The notes under the pieces: model-generated | What the model saw: the letters and a program-made list of their open reading frames with translations, nothing else | Databases searched by the model: none | Told to the model about the DNA's origin: nothing | Part shown: positions 37,922-46,389 of the stretch, piece by piece | Numbering within the stretch: the first letter of the stretch is position 1 | Layout: each line of letters starts with the position of its first letter | Made by a program: the position numbers and the translations under genes | Source of the DNA: a virus | Taxonomy: Duplodnaviria > Heunggongvirae > Uroviricota > Caudoviricetes | Reading direction: 5' to 3' (one strand) | Virus record (IMG/VR): IMGVR_UViG_3300045988_142058 | Length of the DNA: 47,591 bases

Positions 37922-38082
37922 TGCGTAGAGCACTGTTACGCCCAAATTATGGTGGGTCGTACAGGGGCGGAGAAATCCGCGCCGGTTCGTCATTGTGTCC
38001 GGTAAGGCTAACCCTGTACGGCTCACCACCATTTGATTAGCCTCGAATGGCGGTGATAGTTCCATATACTGGAGATATCACA

Positions 38083-38274
38083 ATGACAAACCTACCCCAT
38101 GACTATTACGTCAACCTCGTAAAGATCCTTCTCAAGAAAGCCTCATACGCCGATAAATTCCGCCTGGCTGAAATCATCGAGCGCGAAGCTATGCGCATCG
38201 CCAGCAACGATAACGCTGTTTCTGACGCAAAAATCTCCCTCGTAACCAAAGTAGTTATGGGAGGTGCAAAATGA
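38083..38274 (+). CDS. Hypothetical small protein upstream of antirepressor
   Basis: 63 aa, GGAGA RBS, stop overlaps antirepressor ATG. Confidence 0.4.
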   Translation: MTNLPHDYYVNLVKILLKKASYADKFRLAEIIEREAMRIASNDNAVSDAKISLVTKVVMGGAK

Positions 38275-39452
38275 AAACGCTTCCGACCGTTAACACCCTA
38301 CAGCCTATCCTGCATAACCAGCTCCCCGTTATCACTACTGAACTACTGGCGCAATTGTATGGAACCGAGCGCCAACGTCTGACAAACAATTTCAATAGAA
38401 ACAAGGAACGTTTTATAGAAGGTAAACACTTTTTTAGGATAGAAGGTAAAGAGTTACGAGAGTTGAAGAACAAAAACTCTTTAAGAGTTCCTGTGAGAGT
38501 AGTTAACGAACCATCTTTAAGAGGGTTACAAATTCCCCCGAAAGTTCGCTCCCTCATCCTCTGGACAGAACGCGGGGCTGCACGTCACGCCAAAATGCTT
38601 GAAACTAACCAAGCGTGGGATGTGTTCGAACGGCTGGAAGACTGCTATTTCAACCAGAACGCACAAACGGCCGCGACCGTTACCGTCTCGCCAAGCAATG
38701 CTCGTGAGGTTGTCGATACGCTCAACGCCAAACCGATGTTTTACATTAAGGTGTGCAATAACGAGCCACTCACAACCTCAGCCGATGTTGCCCAGGCATT
38801 CAGCACCACAAACAATTCCATCGTTATGGCCATCGATGCGTTACGCATTCCTCGCACAGCTGCGGCGCGTCATTTCTTTAAAGAGCAACGACCGTTGGAA
38901 GGAAGCGACCGCGAAATAACAATCTATCGCATGACAAAAGACGGATTTACCTTGCTCATGGAGAGCATCGACGGTCCAAGCGTGAAAGATATCAAGCTGG
39001 CCTACATTGAAGCCTTTAACGCTATCAGCAGCGTGTTAAAAACACAGTACGAGCGTGATCTGGCTAAACGACTGTACCAAGAAAAAACGATTATCCGCGC
39101 GGCAACAGAGCATAATCGGCTATTAACGGAACCGAACTACAGGAAGGAACTAATCAAGGAGTTTGACAAGGCAACAGGGAAAACCAAAGCGGCGCTAAAT
39201 CTGCCAGCAATGACTCAGGAAAATGTGATATCAGCCTTACTTCTTGATCTGCTCAGAAACGCCAGAGCACTTATCAGCTTTGACGAAAACCTGAATCCTC
39301 AGCTCAAGCTACTACCACCGACAGGCAAAGTAGTCGACCAAGCTGATCACAACAGCATACTCAGCGTACTGGATGCAAACCTGCCAGCCAAGACACTACA
39401 GGATCTGATAAAAACATGTGCTGATAAGCTGGCACAGAAAAGCAGACCATAA
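38271..39452 (+). CDS. Antirepressor (ORF6N/ANT N-terminus, Rha-like C-terminus)
   Basis: 393 aa; N-terminal LPVITTELLAQLYGTERQRLTNNFNRNKERF; terminator after stop. Confidence 0.75.
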   Translation: MKTLPTVNTLQPILHNQLPVITTELLAQLYGTERQRLTNNFNRNKERFIEGKHFFRIEGKELRELKNKNSLRVPVRVVNEPSLRGLQIPPKVRSLILWTERGAARHAKMLETNQAWDVFERLEDCYFNQNAQTAATVTVSPSNAREVVDTLNAKPMFYIKVCNNEPLTTSADVAQAFSTTNNSIVMAIDALRIPRTAAARHFFKEQRPLEGSDREITIYRMTKDGFTLLMESIDGPSVKDIKLAYIEAFNAISSVLKTQYERDLAKRLYQEKTIIRAATEHNRLLTEPNYRKELIKEFDKATGKTKAALNLPAMTQENVISALLLDLLRNARALISFDENLNPQLKLLPPTGKVVDQADHNSILSVLDANLPAKTLQDLIKTCADKLAQKSRP

Positions 39453-39456
39453 CTAC

Positions 39457-39489
39457 AAGGGGCTACGGCCCCTTACTCTTTTCTCTCTT
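39457..39489 (+). terminator. Terminator after antirepressor
   Basis: 7-bp stem AAGGGGC/GCCCCTT then U-rich ACTCTTTTCTCTCTT. Confidence 0.55.
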
Positions 39490-39651
39490 ATCAACGCCAG
39501 AGACTTTCTGAAAATCCTTTCGAATAGCGTCAGCGTCACACGCCAAGCCCATACTGGAACGTGTCGCCATATGACGAAAATGATCAACTGCCGGAAACAA
39601 AGAAATAATGGACCCAATAGCTTGCAGCAAACTCGCTTTTCTACGCATCAT
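39463..39651 (-). CDS. Hypothetical small protein (62 aa), convergent with antirepressor
   Basis: ATGATG start with GGTGG RBS; otherwise unsupported. Confidence 0.25.
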   Translation of the reverse strand: MMRRKASLLQAIGSIISLFPAVDHFRHMATRSSMGLACDADAIRKDFQKVSGVDKREKSKGP

Positions 39652-40187
39652 AATTCCACCATAACTGATAACCACCCTTCAGACACAACCCCCCCTCCCC
39701 CCATACAGGGTGCCCTTTACCGGAGTTCCGGCCCCTTCTCAAAAGCATCAAAAAAAGCTCGAGATCGAGTACCGGAACTCATGCCACCAGATAGCTCCAC
39801 ATCGTTTCCAATGCTTCGCCGCCGTGTGCGCCCTGTGGCCCACAATCATGCCATTGGTCGTCTGATATACCTTCTTCTGCTCATAGAGCACAGGCGAGTT
39901 GTCGCACTCCTGCCTTTCTCAGACTCGACTTAGTTTAGATCGCTGTTCCTGGCTTGCGTCAGCACACTTTCCCCTTGTACGCATACCCGCGCGCCACTTC
40001 GCCCAAAAACACCGAACCCAACGAAGTGGCAAAGACAACGACGCGAGCGTGAGTCTGAAATGGGCACCAGTAAAAAAGGGGTTGCAGGCGCAAAAAGATT
40101 TGATTATCTTTAGACGCAAGAAAGCCGCCCCAATCAAGAGGTGTCTTTTTAAATCCAGCCTACCAAGCAAGATTTAAATTTCAGACT

Positions 40188-40220
40188 GAAAACCGCCCGG
40201 CAAGGCGGTTTTTGTCTTTC
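40188..40220. terminator. Bidirectional terminator downstream of HTH gene
   Basis: AAAACCGCC-cggcaa-GGCGGTTTTT with A-run before and T-run after. Confidence 0.55.
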
Positions 40221-40261
40221 TGGCGCTTACATTACACCACCATAAAACGATCCGTAAAGGA

Positions 40262-40534
40262 TCATTTGATCCCTTGTTCCAATTCTGACGACACTTTAAC
40301 CTTTTCCCATACAAGGGTTTGCAGCCTTAACAGAATCGCGTCTTTATCAAGGTGTGAAAGATCCTTCACCATATCGTCAAACGACAGAACGCGAATGGCC
40401 ATCTCAATGACCCTCGGCGGCTCCCCCTTCTCATATCGCTTATATGTAGCCAACGATATCCCAAATTCTTCGGCGGCTCGCTCCTGCGTCCAGTTCATCC
40501 CACGACGCCATAATTTCAATTCATAACCCGTCAT
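40262..40534 (-). CDS. XRE-family HTH DNA-binding protein
   Basis: Start at MTGYELKLWRRGMNWTQERAAEEFGISLATYKRYEKG with AGGAGG RBS; perfect IR upstream. Confidence 0.55.
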   Translation of the reverse strand: MTGYELKLWRRGMNWTQERAAEEFGISLATYKRYEKGEPPRVIEMAIRVLSFDDMVKDLSHLDKDAILLRLQTLVWEKVKVSSELEQGIK

Positions 40535-40563
40535 AGCACCCTCCTCGCACAATATTAACACTC

Positions 40564-40588
40564 GCAAAGTGTCAAAATGACACTTTGC
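40564..40588. promoter_or_regulatory. Perfect inverted repeat GCAAAGTGTCA-aaa-TGACACTTTGC
   Basis: 11-bp arms, ~25 nt upstream of RBS of HTH gene 40262..40534; no U-run. Confidence 0.4.
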
Positions 40589-40597
40589 GCATTGTGT

Positions 40598-40978
40598 TTA
40601 CTTAACGAGGAATAAAAATGGTTTATTGTTCGGCGGTGTAATCGGGGCTGGCTCGCTTTTGCTCATGCGATCAGTGTACCAAGCCAACTCCTTGTCAAAG
40701 TAAGCCTGATTAAAATAGGCCATGAATGTAGTTTCAAATCCATAACGACCGCTAATACGCAGCATCTGATTGCCGTTCTCTGTTTCCAGATATACCTGGG
40801 CACGTTCCTGATTCTCCTTCAGCCAGGTTAAAGCCTCATCGCATGAGGACACACGATACTCATCATCGTAGCCGTCATCGATGCGGCTTGAGGAAGAACG
40901 GCAAATCACGCCAACAGAACCAGCCAGGATAGTTTGAATTTTAAGGAAAGCGTTTTTGCGGATTTTAATCATGCTCAT
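40598..40978 (-). CDS. Hypothetical protein, first gene behind cassette copy 3
   Basis: 126 aa; ATG at 40978 preceded by cassette RBS. Confidence 0.45.
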   Translation of the reverse strand: MSMIKIRKNAFLKIQTILAGSVGVICRSSSSRIDDGYDDEYRVSSCDEALTWLKENQERAQVYLETENGNQMLRISGRYGFETTFMAYFNQAYFDKELAWYTDRMSKSEPAPITPPNNKPFLFLVK

Positions 40979-41087
40979 CGGGTTATCTCCGGTTTAACCA
41001 GGGCGGGTATCGCTCGGTTTCGGGTATAACCTTAGGAAATTTTTTCCCACCTGTAAAGCACTTTTTATATAAATCTATAATTATATA
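40979..41087 (-). promoter_or_regulatory. Promoter-leader cassette copy 3
   Basis: One substitution relative to copy 1; heads operon 40598..40978 plus HTH gene. Confidence 0.6.
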
Positions 41088-41245
41088 AATAATAGTAACT
41101 GGTGTTTTTTTAGGCGAAGCATTAAACATTTTTGTTTAGCTTATTGGCAAGGTCTTGAAAAAGACATTTCAGCAATGCTATACCATTGAACATGGTATCG
41201 GCTGAATTTTGTAATTAACACATTTTAAACAATTTGAGGTGCCAA

Positions 41246-41530
41246 ATGGCTAAACAAAAATCTGAAATTGATGCTATTCGAGCATTAACAGAAGTAACAA
41301 TTAAAGGTTTTGAGCAGGTTGCTCAGGCATTAGTTGATATGAGAGAAGCTCAGGGAAAAGTCGTACGAGCAACATATAATGGATTAACCTCCTCAGGAAA
41401 ATCTCGCTATGTTGCATCGCTAGTAGAGGAAGTAGGATCACAAGCTGAAGTAAGCCGCATGTTAAATATCACACCAGGGCGCGTTAGCCAGCTTATGAAG
41501 TCCGAAAAAAACCGCAAAAATGGTAAGTAA
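41246..41530 (+). CDS. Putative small HTH DNA-binding protein
   Basis: ATG at 41246 with GAGGT RBS; C-terminal HTH-like GSQAEVSRMLNITPGRVSQLMK; ATACCAT-N5-ATGGTAT upstream. Confidence 0.45.
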   Translation: MAKQKSEIDAIRALTEVTIKGFEQVAQALVDMREAQGKVVRATYNGLTSSGKSRYVASLVEEVGSQAEVSRMLNITPGRVSQLMKSEKNRKNGK

Positions 41531-41535
41531 ATAAG

Positions 41536-41556
41536 TAAGGCCCCAATGGGGCCTTA
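41536..41556. terminator. Hairpin between convergent genes 41246..41530 and higA
   Basis: Perfect 9-bp stem TAAGGCCCC/GGGGCCTTA, 3-nt loop. Confidence 0.45.
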
Positions 41557-41563
41557 CATTATG

Positions 41564-41863
41564 TTAGACATGGAACGCTACTCGCTTTCCTGTAGGAAGC
41601 TCAACATCCAGGCTTAATTTGCCTCCCATAGCTTCAACGTAACGCTTTAATGTCGCCAGCTTTAAATCATTTCCGCGCTGCTCCAGCTTTGTTACTGCTG
41701 GCTGGCTTATACCCATCGCCTCAGCAACCTGTTTTTGTGATAACTGGAGTTCTTCACGCATCATCTGCAAGCCGACCTCAAGAATCATCTCATCTGCCAT
41801 TTCTTTAATTCGCGCCTGGCTTTCAGGTGAACGGCTGGCAATCACCTCATCTAATGTTCTCAT
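41564..41863 (-). CDS. HigA-like antitoxin (XRE HTH)
   Basis: 99 aa; HTH LSQKQVAEAMGISQPAVTKLEQ; downstream of and coupled to toxin gene. Confidence 0.65.
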   Translation of the reverse strand: MRTLDEVIASRSPESQARIKEMADEMILEVGLQMMREELQLSQKQVAEAMGISQPAVTKLEQRGNDLKLATLKRYVEAMGGKLSLDVELPTGKRVAFHV

Positions 41864-42210
41864 TACTTGCTCTCCAGTGTGTTCAGATGTGCTGCAAACT
41901 CATCCTCAGCTATACGCACCAGTTTTTCATAAAACCGTTTATCGTTACTTTTGTCTCCTGCACAAAGAACGATGGCCCGGCGAATCGGATCGAACGCATA
42001 AAAGGCTCTTATCGGACGGCCAGAAAACTGAACGCGAAGCTCTTTCATATTTTTGTACCGAGAACCTTTTACGGTATCGGCATATGGCCTGGGTAACTCA
42101 GGTCCGTAAACCTGTAGCTTTTTCAAATCAGCCAAAACCTTTTCCTGAAGAGCGTCTTCTTGCTCATTTAGCCAGTCGTCAAATCGCTGGCTAAAAAGTA
42201 CCGTCCACAT
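41863..42210 (-). CDS. RelE/HigB-like toxin (phage Gp49-like)
   Basis: Start at ATG 42210 (AGGA RBS); toxin-first gene order. Confidence 0.6.
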   Translation of the reverse strand: MWTVLFSQRFDDWLNEQEDALQEKVLADLKKLQVYGPELPRPYADTVKGSRYKNMKELRVQFSGRPIRAFYAFDPIRRAIVLCAGDKSNDKRFYEKLVRIAEDEFAAHLNTLESK

Positions 42211-42243
42211 GCTCAATCCTATAACCTGTAGTTTATATCACTA

Positions 42244-42272
42244 ACCATATAACCTGTGAGTTATAATTTCAA
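42244..42272 (-). promoter_or_regulatory. higBA promoter with direct-repeat operator
   Basis: -35 TTGAAA (42267..42272), 17-bp spacer, -10 TATGGT (42244..42249); ACAGGTTATA repeats at 42221..42229 and 42249..42257. Confidence 0.45.
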
Positions 42273-42454
42273 GAAAAACGGGGCTATTTAACATAATGGA
42301 CGTTATCGGCACCACCGGATCACCGTTCATTGTCGGATCTAAAAAATCCGCTCAAAAGATCATGTTTTCCTGGGCGTTTTCCACCGTTTTTTATGTTGCT
42401 TATTTGTTAATGAAATCTCGTTTTCAGTTTCGCCTCATTTTCGACGCGAAAGCC

Positions 42455-42745
42455 CTATTTTTGTGACTTTACTCCTGGCATATGGACTTCCCAGCGACGA
42501 ATCCCCATAGCTGCGCAAAAATCAGCCACATAATTCAATCCCGCCCATTCGCGGATACCACCACGGGCTTTTTCAATGAAAACGGCAATCCCTTTTTTAT
42601 TGAGAGCAAAAAGCCGCCAGCTTTTTGTCACTTCGTCCTGGGTAGCCACAACACAAGTGAAAGCTCCCATGCGATACAGGTCCAAGAACTCTTTGCGTGT
42701 TTTGCGTACAAGTTCCATAACAAACCTCATATTTGCATGTTTCAA
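42455..42745 (-). CDS. Hypothetical protein
   Basis: 96 aa ORF between origin region and higBA. Confidence 0.35.
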   Translation of the reverse strand: MKHANMRFVMELVRKTRKEFLDLYRMGAFTCVVATQDEVTKSWRLFALNKKGIAVFIEKARGGIREWAGLNYVADFCAAMGIRRWEVHMPGVKSQK

Positions 42746-43041
42746 ACATCTGTTTTGTTATCAATGAAGATTAACCCTAACCCAGCGAAGTAACACAGCA
42801 GCGCCCAGGCTGCATACGGAATGCTGGATCTGGATGTGGACTCCTTTAACATCTGCCAGTTGCGAACATTGCGACTATCTTTTAAGCCTAGTTTTTTGGC
42901 CAACTGCGAGCCGCTCATTCCGGTCAGGCCAATGACTGCCCGAACTTCTCCACATGTAGGAGATTCCCATTCATCCGCTTTTTTTAAACAAGCCGGATTC
43001 AACATTTTTAAAACAGTATCTTTATCCATAACCATCTCCAT
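42742..43041 (-). CDS. Putative HTH DNA-binding protein
   Basis: HTH-like GLTGMSGSQLAKKLGLKDSRNVRNW; hydrophobic C-terminus. Confidence 0.4.
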   Translation of the reverse strand: MEMVMDKDTVLKMLNPACLKKADEWESPTCGEVRAVIGLTGMSGSQLAKKLGLKDSRNVRNWQMLKESTSRSSIPYAAWALLCYFAGLGLIFIDNKTDV

Positions 43042-43089
43042 TTATTATATCTACGATGGTAGGAAATCTTTTCCTATGTGGCAATAGAA

Positions 43090-43670
43090 ATTTACTACAT
43101 TGCGTATAAGACAAGTTTTCTATGTCTAATAGGAAATGATGTTTCTTACGTTTTATCGCGTTCTGATGGCTACTGTGTGCGTATTTATCGACGTTTATCG
43201 ATAAGGCTCGCCCCTTCCTCCTGCAAAGCCCGGCCGTAGGCCTTATTTCGGCCTTATATAAATTGATTTTGTATAGTTCGAAACGTGCCGTTTCGAAAAG
43301 GATGATCAGGCTGCTCCATGCCTCCGGCAAGTGCCGGAGGAGGTATATATTTGAGCGTAGCGACTCGAACCGGCGCGAGCTTTAGCTCGCTGCAAGGGCG
43401 AACATATTCACAGGCAAAGCCTGCGTAAGTTAAATAAAGAAAGTCTTAATAAAAGAAAGTGATTTTGCATTTATTTGTTTAGTGCATCTATTATAAAAAA
43501 CCATTTGCATATACATATCAAAACTGTGGATAACTTTATTAGCCGATGCCTGTGAAGGCGATATTTTTGCTGTGTTCAGGTTTAGAGAAAATTAATTTAG
43601 ATTGTTTTTTGAACAAACATTTTATTGCGACGTAGATAATCCTCCGGTAAAACCGGATTCATCATTAAGG
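43090..43670. other. Candidate replication origin downstream of repA
   Basis: ~580 bp without credible ORF; DnaA box TGTGGATAA at 43525..43533; AT-rich stretch with ATTTGCAT repeats; perfect palindromes 43277..43297 and 43321..43340; TTTATCGA direct repeats. Confidence 0.45.
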
Positions 43671-43674
43671 TGGG

Positions 43675-44523
43675 TTAATGTTGGAGTGATTTCCAGGTCT
43701 TTCTTAACCTGTTATAACGCTGCTCAACGAGGGATCGTAAATATGCAAGGTCAGCTCCAGGATACATGCCATCAGCAAATTCCTGGCTAACCTCTCTAGT
43801 GATTTGATGACGAAGTTCGGCCTCTCCCTTTTCCCGAACAAGACGCGCAGCTCTCTCCGCTGCTTTCTGTTTTGCCTTTATCTCTCTGGCCGTCTTCCTC
43901 TGACGCCATACATTCTCCATCTGCTCCTGAATAACAATACGCTTATAATCAGCCTCCGTTATCGCTTTTTTAAGCCGTTCGCTATTCTTCGCATTGAAGT
44001 AATTAAGTTTCTGGCTAACCGCACGTCTCCATGCTTGTTCAGTAATACCAACGGTTTCCAGCAGTTGATCACGAATCTCTATTTTCGCTGGCCAATACTG
44101 TTTATTCACCCGATCCCAGCGACGTTCATAATCAATAAAACCTAACTCTTTCAGTTGCGACAACGCCCTTGTACAGCGCGTTATAGACTTGTTCCCAGCT
44201 TCGGATACGGTAGACAGGCCGCAAAAATCAGCCAACGCCTCAGCACTGGCCAGAACCCGCTTAGAAATGATGTTTACATGGTGCAAAATCGCAGCAATCA
44301 CAGCATTAATTGCCCGACGACGATGCTCGTTTATCCGGCGTTTCCGCTCTGACGGTTGATTAACGTAGAACGCAACCTCACACGTAAGATCACGACCATT
44401 AATGCGCTGTAAAGCATCAGATAACACCAGCGGCAGCTTGTGCGTATGGTGCTTTGGAGGCTGGAACTCCGGCGACAAATTACAAACGTAAGCTGAACGT
44501 AGAGACGGCATTGGTCTATCCAT
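43675..44523 (-). CDS. repA: Replication initiator RepA, IncFII RepA1-like
   Basis: ATG at 44523 (MDRPMPSLRS...); block ...ALADFCGLSTVSEAGNKSITRCTRALSQLKELGFIDY... matches IncFII RepA1 pattern CGL-T-S-AG--SITR-TRAL--L-ELG-I-Y (from memory). Frame open upstream to 44685. Confidence 0.8.
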   Translation of the reverse strand: MDRPMPSLRSAYVCNLSPEFQPPKHHTHKLPLVLSDALQRINGRDLTCEVAFYVNQPSERKRRINEHRRRAINAVIAAILHHVNIISKRVLASAEALADFCGLSTVSEAGNKSITRCTRALSQLKELGFIDYERRWDRVNKQYWPAKIEIRDQLLETVGITEQAWRRAVSQKLNYFNAKNSERLKKAITEADYKRIVIQEQMENVWRQRKTAREIKAKQKAAERAARLVREKGEAELRHQITREVSQEFADGMYPGADLAYLRSLVEQRYNRLRKTWKSLQH

Positions 44524-44535
44524 ATGTTCGCTCTT

Positions 44536-44650
44536 GCGTCCACGGAAAACCAACGTATAATGGGAGTTGTCGAGGCGCCCATGGATATGTTTGTTGGTTT
44601 TCCGTGGATGTCGCAAGAAGCCCGCAGATTTATCTGCGGGCTTTTTGTTT
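44536..44650 (+). ncRNA. Candidate CopA-like antisense RNA in repA leader
   Basis: Plus-strand intrinsic terminator (9-bp stem 44620..44628/44633..44641 + TTTTTGTTT) antisense to repA leader; 16-bp stem-loop 44539..44608. 5' end not defined. Confidence 0.4.
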
Positions 44651-44690
44651 CCATATCTGGTCGTTTTCCAACCAGACACCCACAATCGTA

Positions 44691-44705
44691 ACCACGTTAC
44701 GTGGT
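44691..44705. promoter_or_regulatory. Operator-type ACCAC-gttac-GTGGT in repA leader
   Basis: Same half-sites and spacing as immunity operators; ~100 nt downstream of putative repA promoter. Confidence 0.5.
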
Positions 44706-44811
44706 TTTAAGAGAACTCTACCACAACACTTTCGGTCATGCACGAAGTCTCTCGCTAATCGAACGATAATCCACCAGTAAAAGGATCTAAATCGGATCTC
44801 GTGTTGCGAGC

Positions 44812-44839
44812 ATCATACTACTGGCCTAACTCCAGTCAA
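44812..44839 (-). promoter_or_regulatory. Putative repA promoter TTGACT-16-TATGAT
   Basis: Minus strand -35 (44834..44839), -10 (44812..44817), just after Tfa stop. Confidence 0.45.
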
Positions 44840-44861
44840 TGATGAACATAACAACACTCCT

Positions 44862-45389
44862 TTATTCTGGTTTGTCTGGCCATTCGGGGTTTGCTGTGTC
44901 CACGCGGCTGACAAGAACACTGTAGCGTTCCCATGCTTCCAGTCGTGTGCGTTCCTCGTCTGTTGCCATATTCAGCCTGACAGCGCGTTCCAGCGGCTGG
45001 ATGACTGATTCAGCTTCGGAAAGCAATGCGGCCTTTTGTGATTCGGCTTGTTGTTGCTGTTCGTCTGCCGTATAAATCCGTTTAACTACAGCTCCATCCT
45101 TAAACATCCACTTTCCTGAATCATCAGCGCGGCGGTTGGCTGTAATATCAGGAACCTCAACGACGCTAAAACCTTCAGGGTTAAGCGTGGAGGCATCTTT
45201 AGTGATGGCGACAATAATATTATTTGCATCGTAAACAATCTTTATTGTGTCTGGCTGAAAGTTTTTCACTTCCTCATACCAGTTTTTTCCGTCCTCAGAG
45301 TAAAGCCAGATAACTCCGTGTTTCTTTGTTAACTCATACTGTTCCAGTGTTTTAGCGTTACCCGCTTTTATGTTCTTTAAGTGCATCAT
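44862..45389 (-). CDS. Tail fibre assembly protein (Tfa-like)
   Basis: 175 aa after second fibre gene; C-terminal ...[13 protein letters not shown]. Confidence 0.6.
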   Translation of the reverse strand: MMHLKNIKAGNAKTLEQYELTKKHGVIWLYSEDGKNWYEEVKNFQPDTIKIVYDANNIIVAITKDASTLNPEGFSVVEVPDITANRRADDSGKWMFKDGAVVKRIYTADEQQQQAESQKAALLSEAESVIQPLERAVRLNMATDEERTRLEAWERYSVLVSRVDTANPEWPDKPE

Positions 45390-45390
45390 A

Positions 45391-46380
45391 TTAAACGCTC
45401 GCTACATTATACCAGGTGCCATTTATATACTTTTGAACGGGTCTGTAATAAACGCCCGCTATATTATCGGCAGAGTTGGAACCTGTATCCTGAACATTAA
45501 TACCAGACAATACATGACCTGACGGGCACTGGAAATTCCATGTTTGCCAGTTGTTTACTCCATAATATTGCTGTGAACCAAGTCGAACATCTTTCACATA
45601 ACGGGAATCAAAGTTACCGTAATCCGAGGGGTTAACACGCCCTGTAATATTTATGGTTTTATTACTTTGAATGCTGCCGGAGACAAAGCGCATAACATGG
45701 ACGTTATTAGCATAAACGTCCAGATTACCGTCGCCATTTTGTTTAAAGCCCGTGTCATTATCACCCAAAACAATCGAGTTACCGCCAAGAGCACTGGATG
45801 TTCCGATACCCAGTGCACCATTCAATTGACCACCAGATAACGACAGTGCACCGACATCTCCCGCTGTAGGTTTTCGCGTTGTGGTATAAAACTCAGACCA
45901 GTCAGCCTCGAATCCGTAACCGTCACGAGCAGAACGATAAAAAATACCGCCGTTATTATAATTAACGCGGAACTGGGCGGCGGGACAACTTCCTTCACCG
46001 ATATTAAAATGAAGAATTAACGTTGATGCCCCACCAATAGTTGCGTTATAGGCTCCGCTACTCCAGTTCCATCCAACGGCTTTATCATTCGCAACGGTAT
46101 CTCCTGTTTTTCCTGAAGCAAATGCACCAATATTTTTCGGCGTCAGGTTAATATCTGATGTTCCATCAAACGAAACGGAATTAATCTTTCTCGCGGTTTT
46201 CAGCTTTGTAGCCGTTGAGGCATTGCCGGACAGCTCACCAGAAATGCCACCAACAACTGTTAGATCACCAGTTATTGTGCCGCCTGAACTTTCCAGTTTT
46301 TTAGCAACATCACTCTTAATAGAGTCGATTTCTTTTTTCAGATTAGTTATATCTGCTGGTATCGTTGTCACTGTTGCCAT
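45391..46380 (-). CDS. Second tail fibre protein
   Basis: 329 aa; [27 protein letters not shown] shared with first fibre; Gly/Asn-rich distal region. Confidence 0.65.
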   Translation of the reverse strand: MATVTTIPADITNLKKEIDSIKSDVAKKLESSGGTITGDLTVVGGISGELSGNASTATKLKTARKINSVSFDGTSDINLTPKNIGAFASGKTGDTVANDKAVGWNWSSGAYNATIGGASTLILHFNIGEGSCPAAQFRVNYNNGGIFYRSARDGYGFEADWSEFYTTTRKPTAGDVGALSLSGGQLNGALGIGTSSALGGNSIVLGDNDTGFKQNGDGNLDVYANNVHVMRFVSGSIQSNKTINITGRVNPSDYGNFDSRYVKDVRLGSQQYYGVNNWQTWNFQCPSGHVLSGINVQDTGSNSADNIAGVYYRPVQKYINGTWYNVASV

Positions 46381-46389
46381 ATTAATTCC

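Noticed and set aside
39418-40177. Plus-strand ORFs 39418..39933 and 39899..40177, minus ORF 39919..40170
   Set aside because: Low-complexity translations, no RBS, mutually overlapping; region treated as non-coding.
43022-43330. 102-aa minus-strand ORF in the candidate origin
   Set aside because: Runs through palindromes and the AT-rich tract; no RBS.
44331-44654. 107-aa ORF overlapping the repA start in another frame
   Set aside because: Overlaps 60 codons of RepA; a short leader peptide may start near 44654 but the long ORF is unlikely to be a gene.
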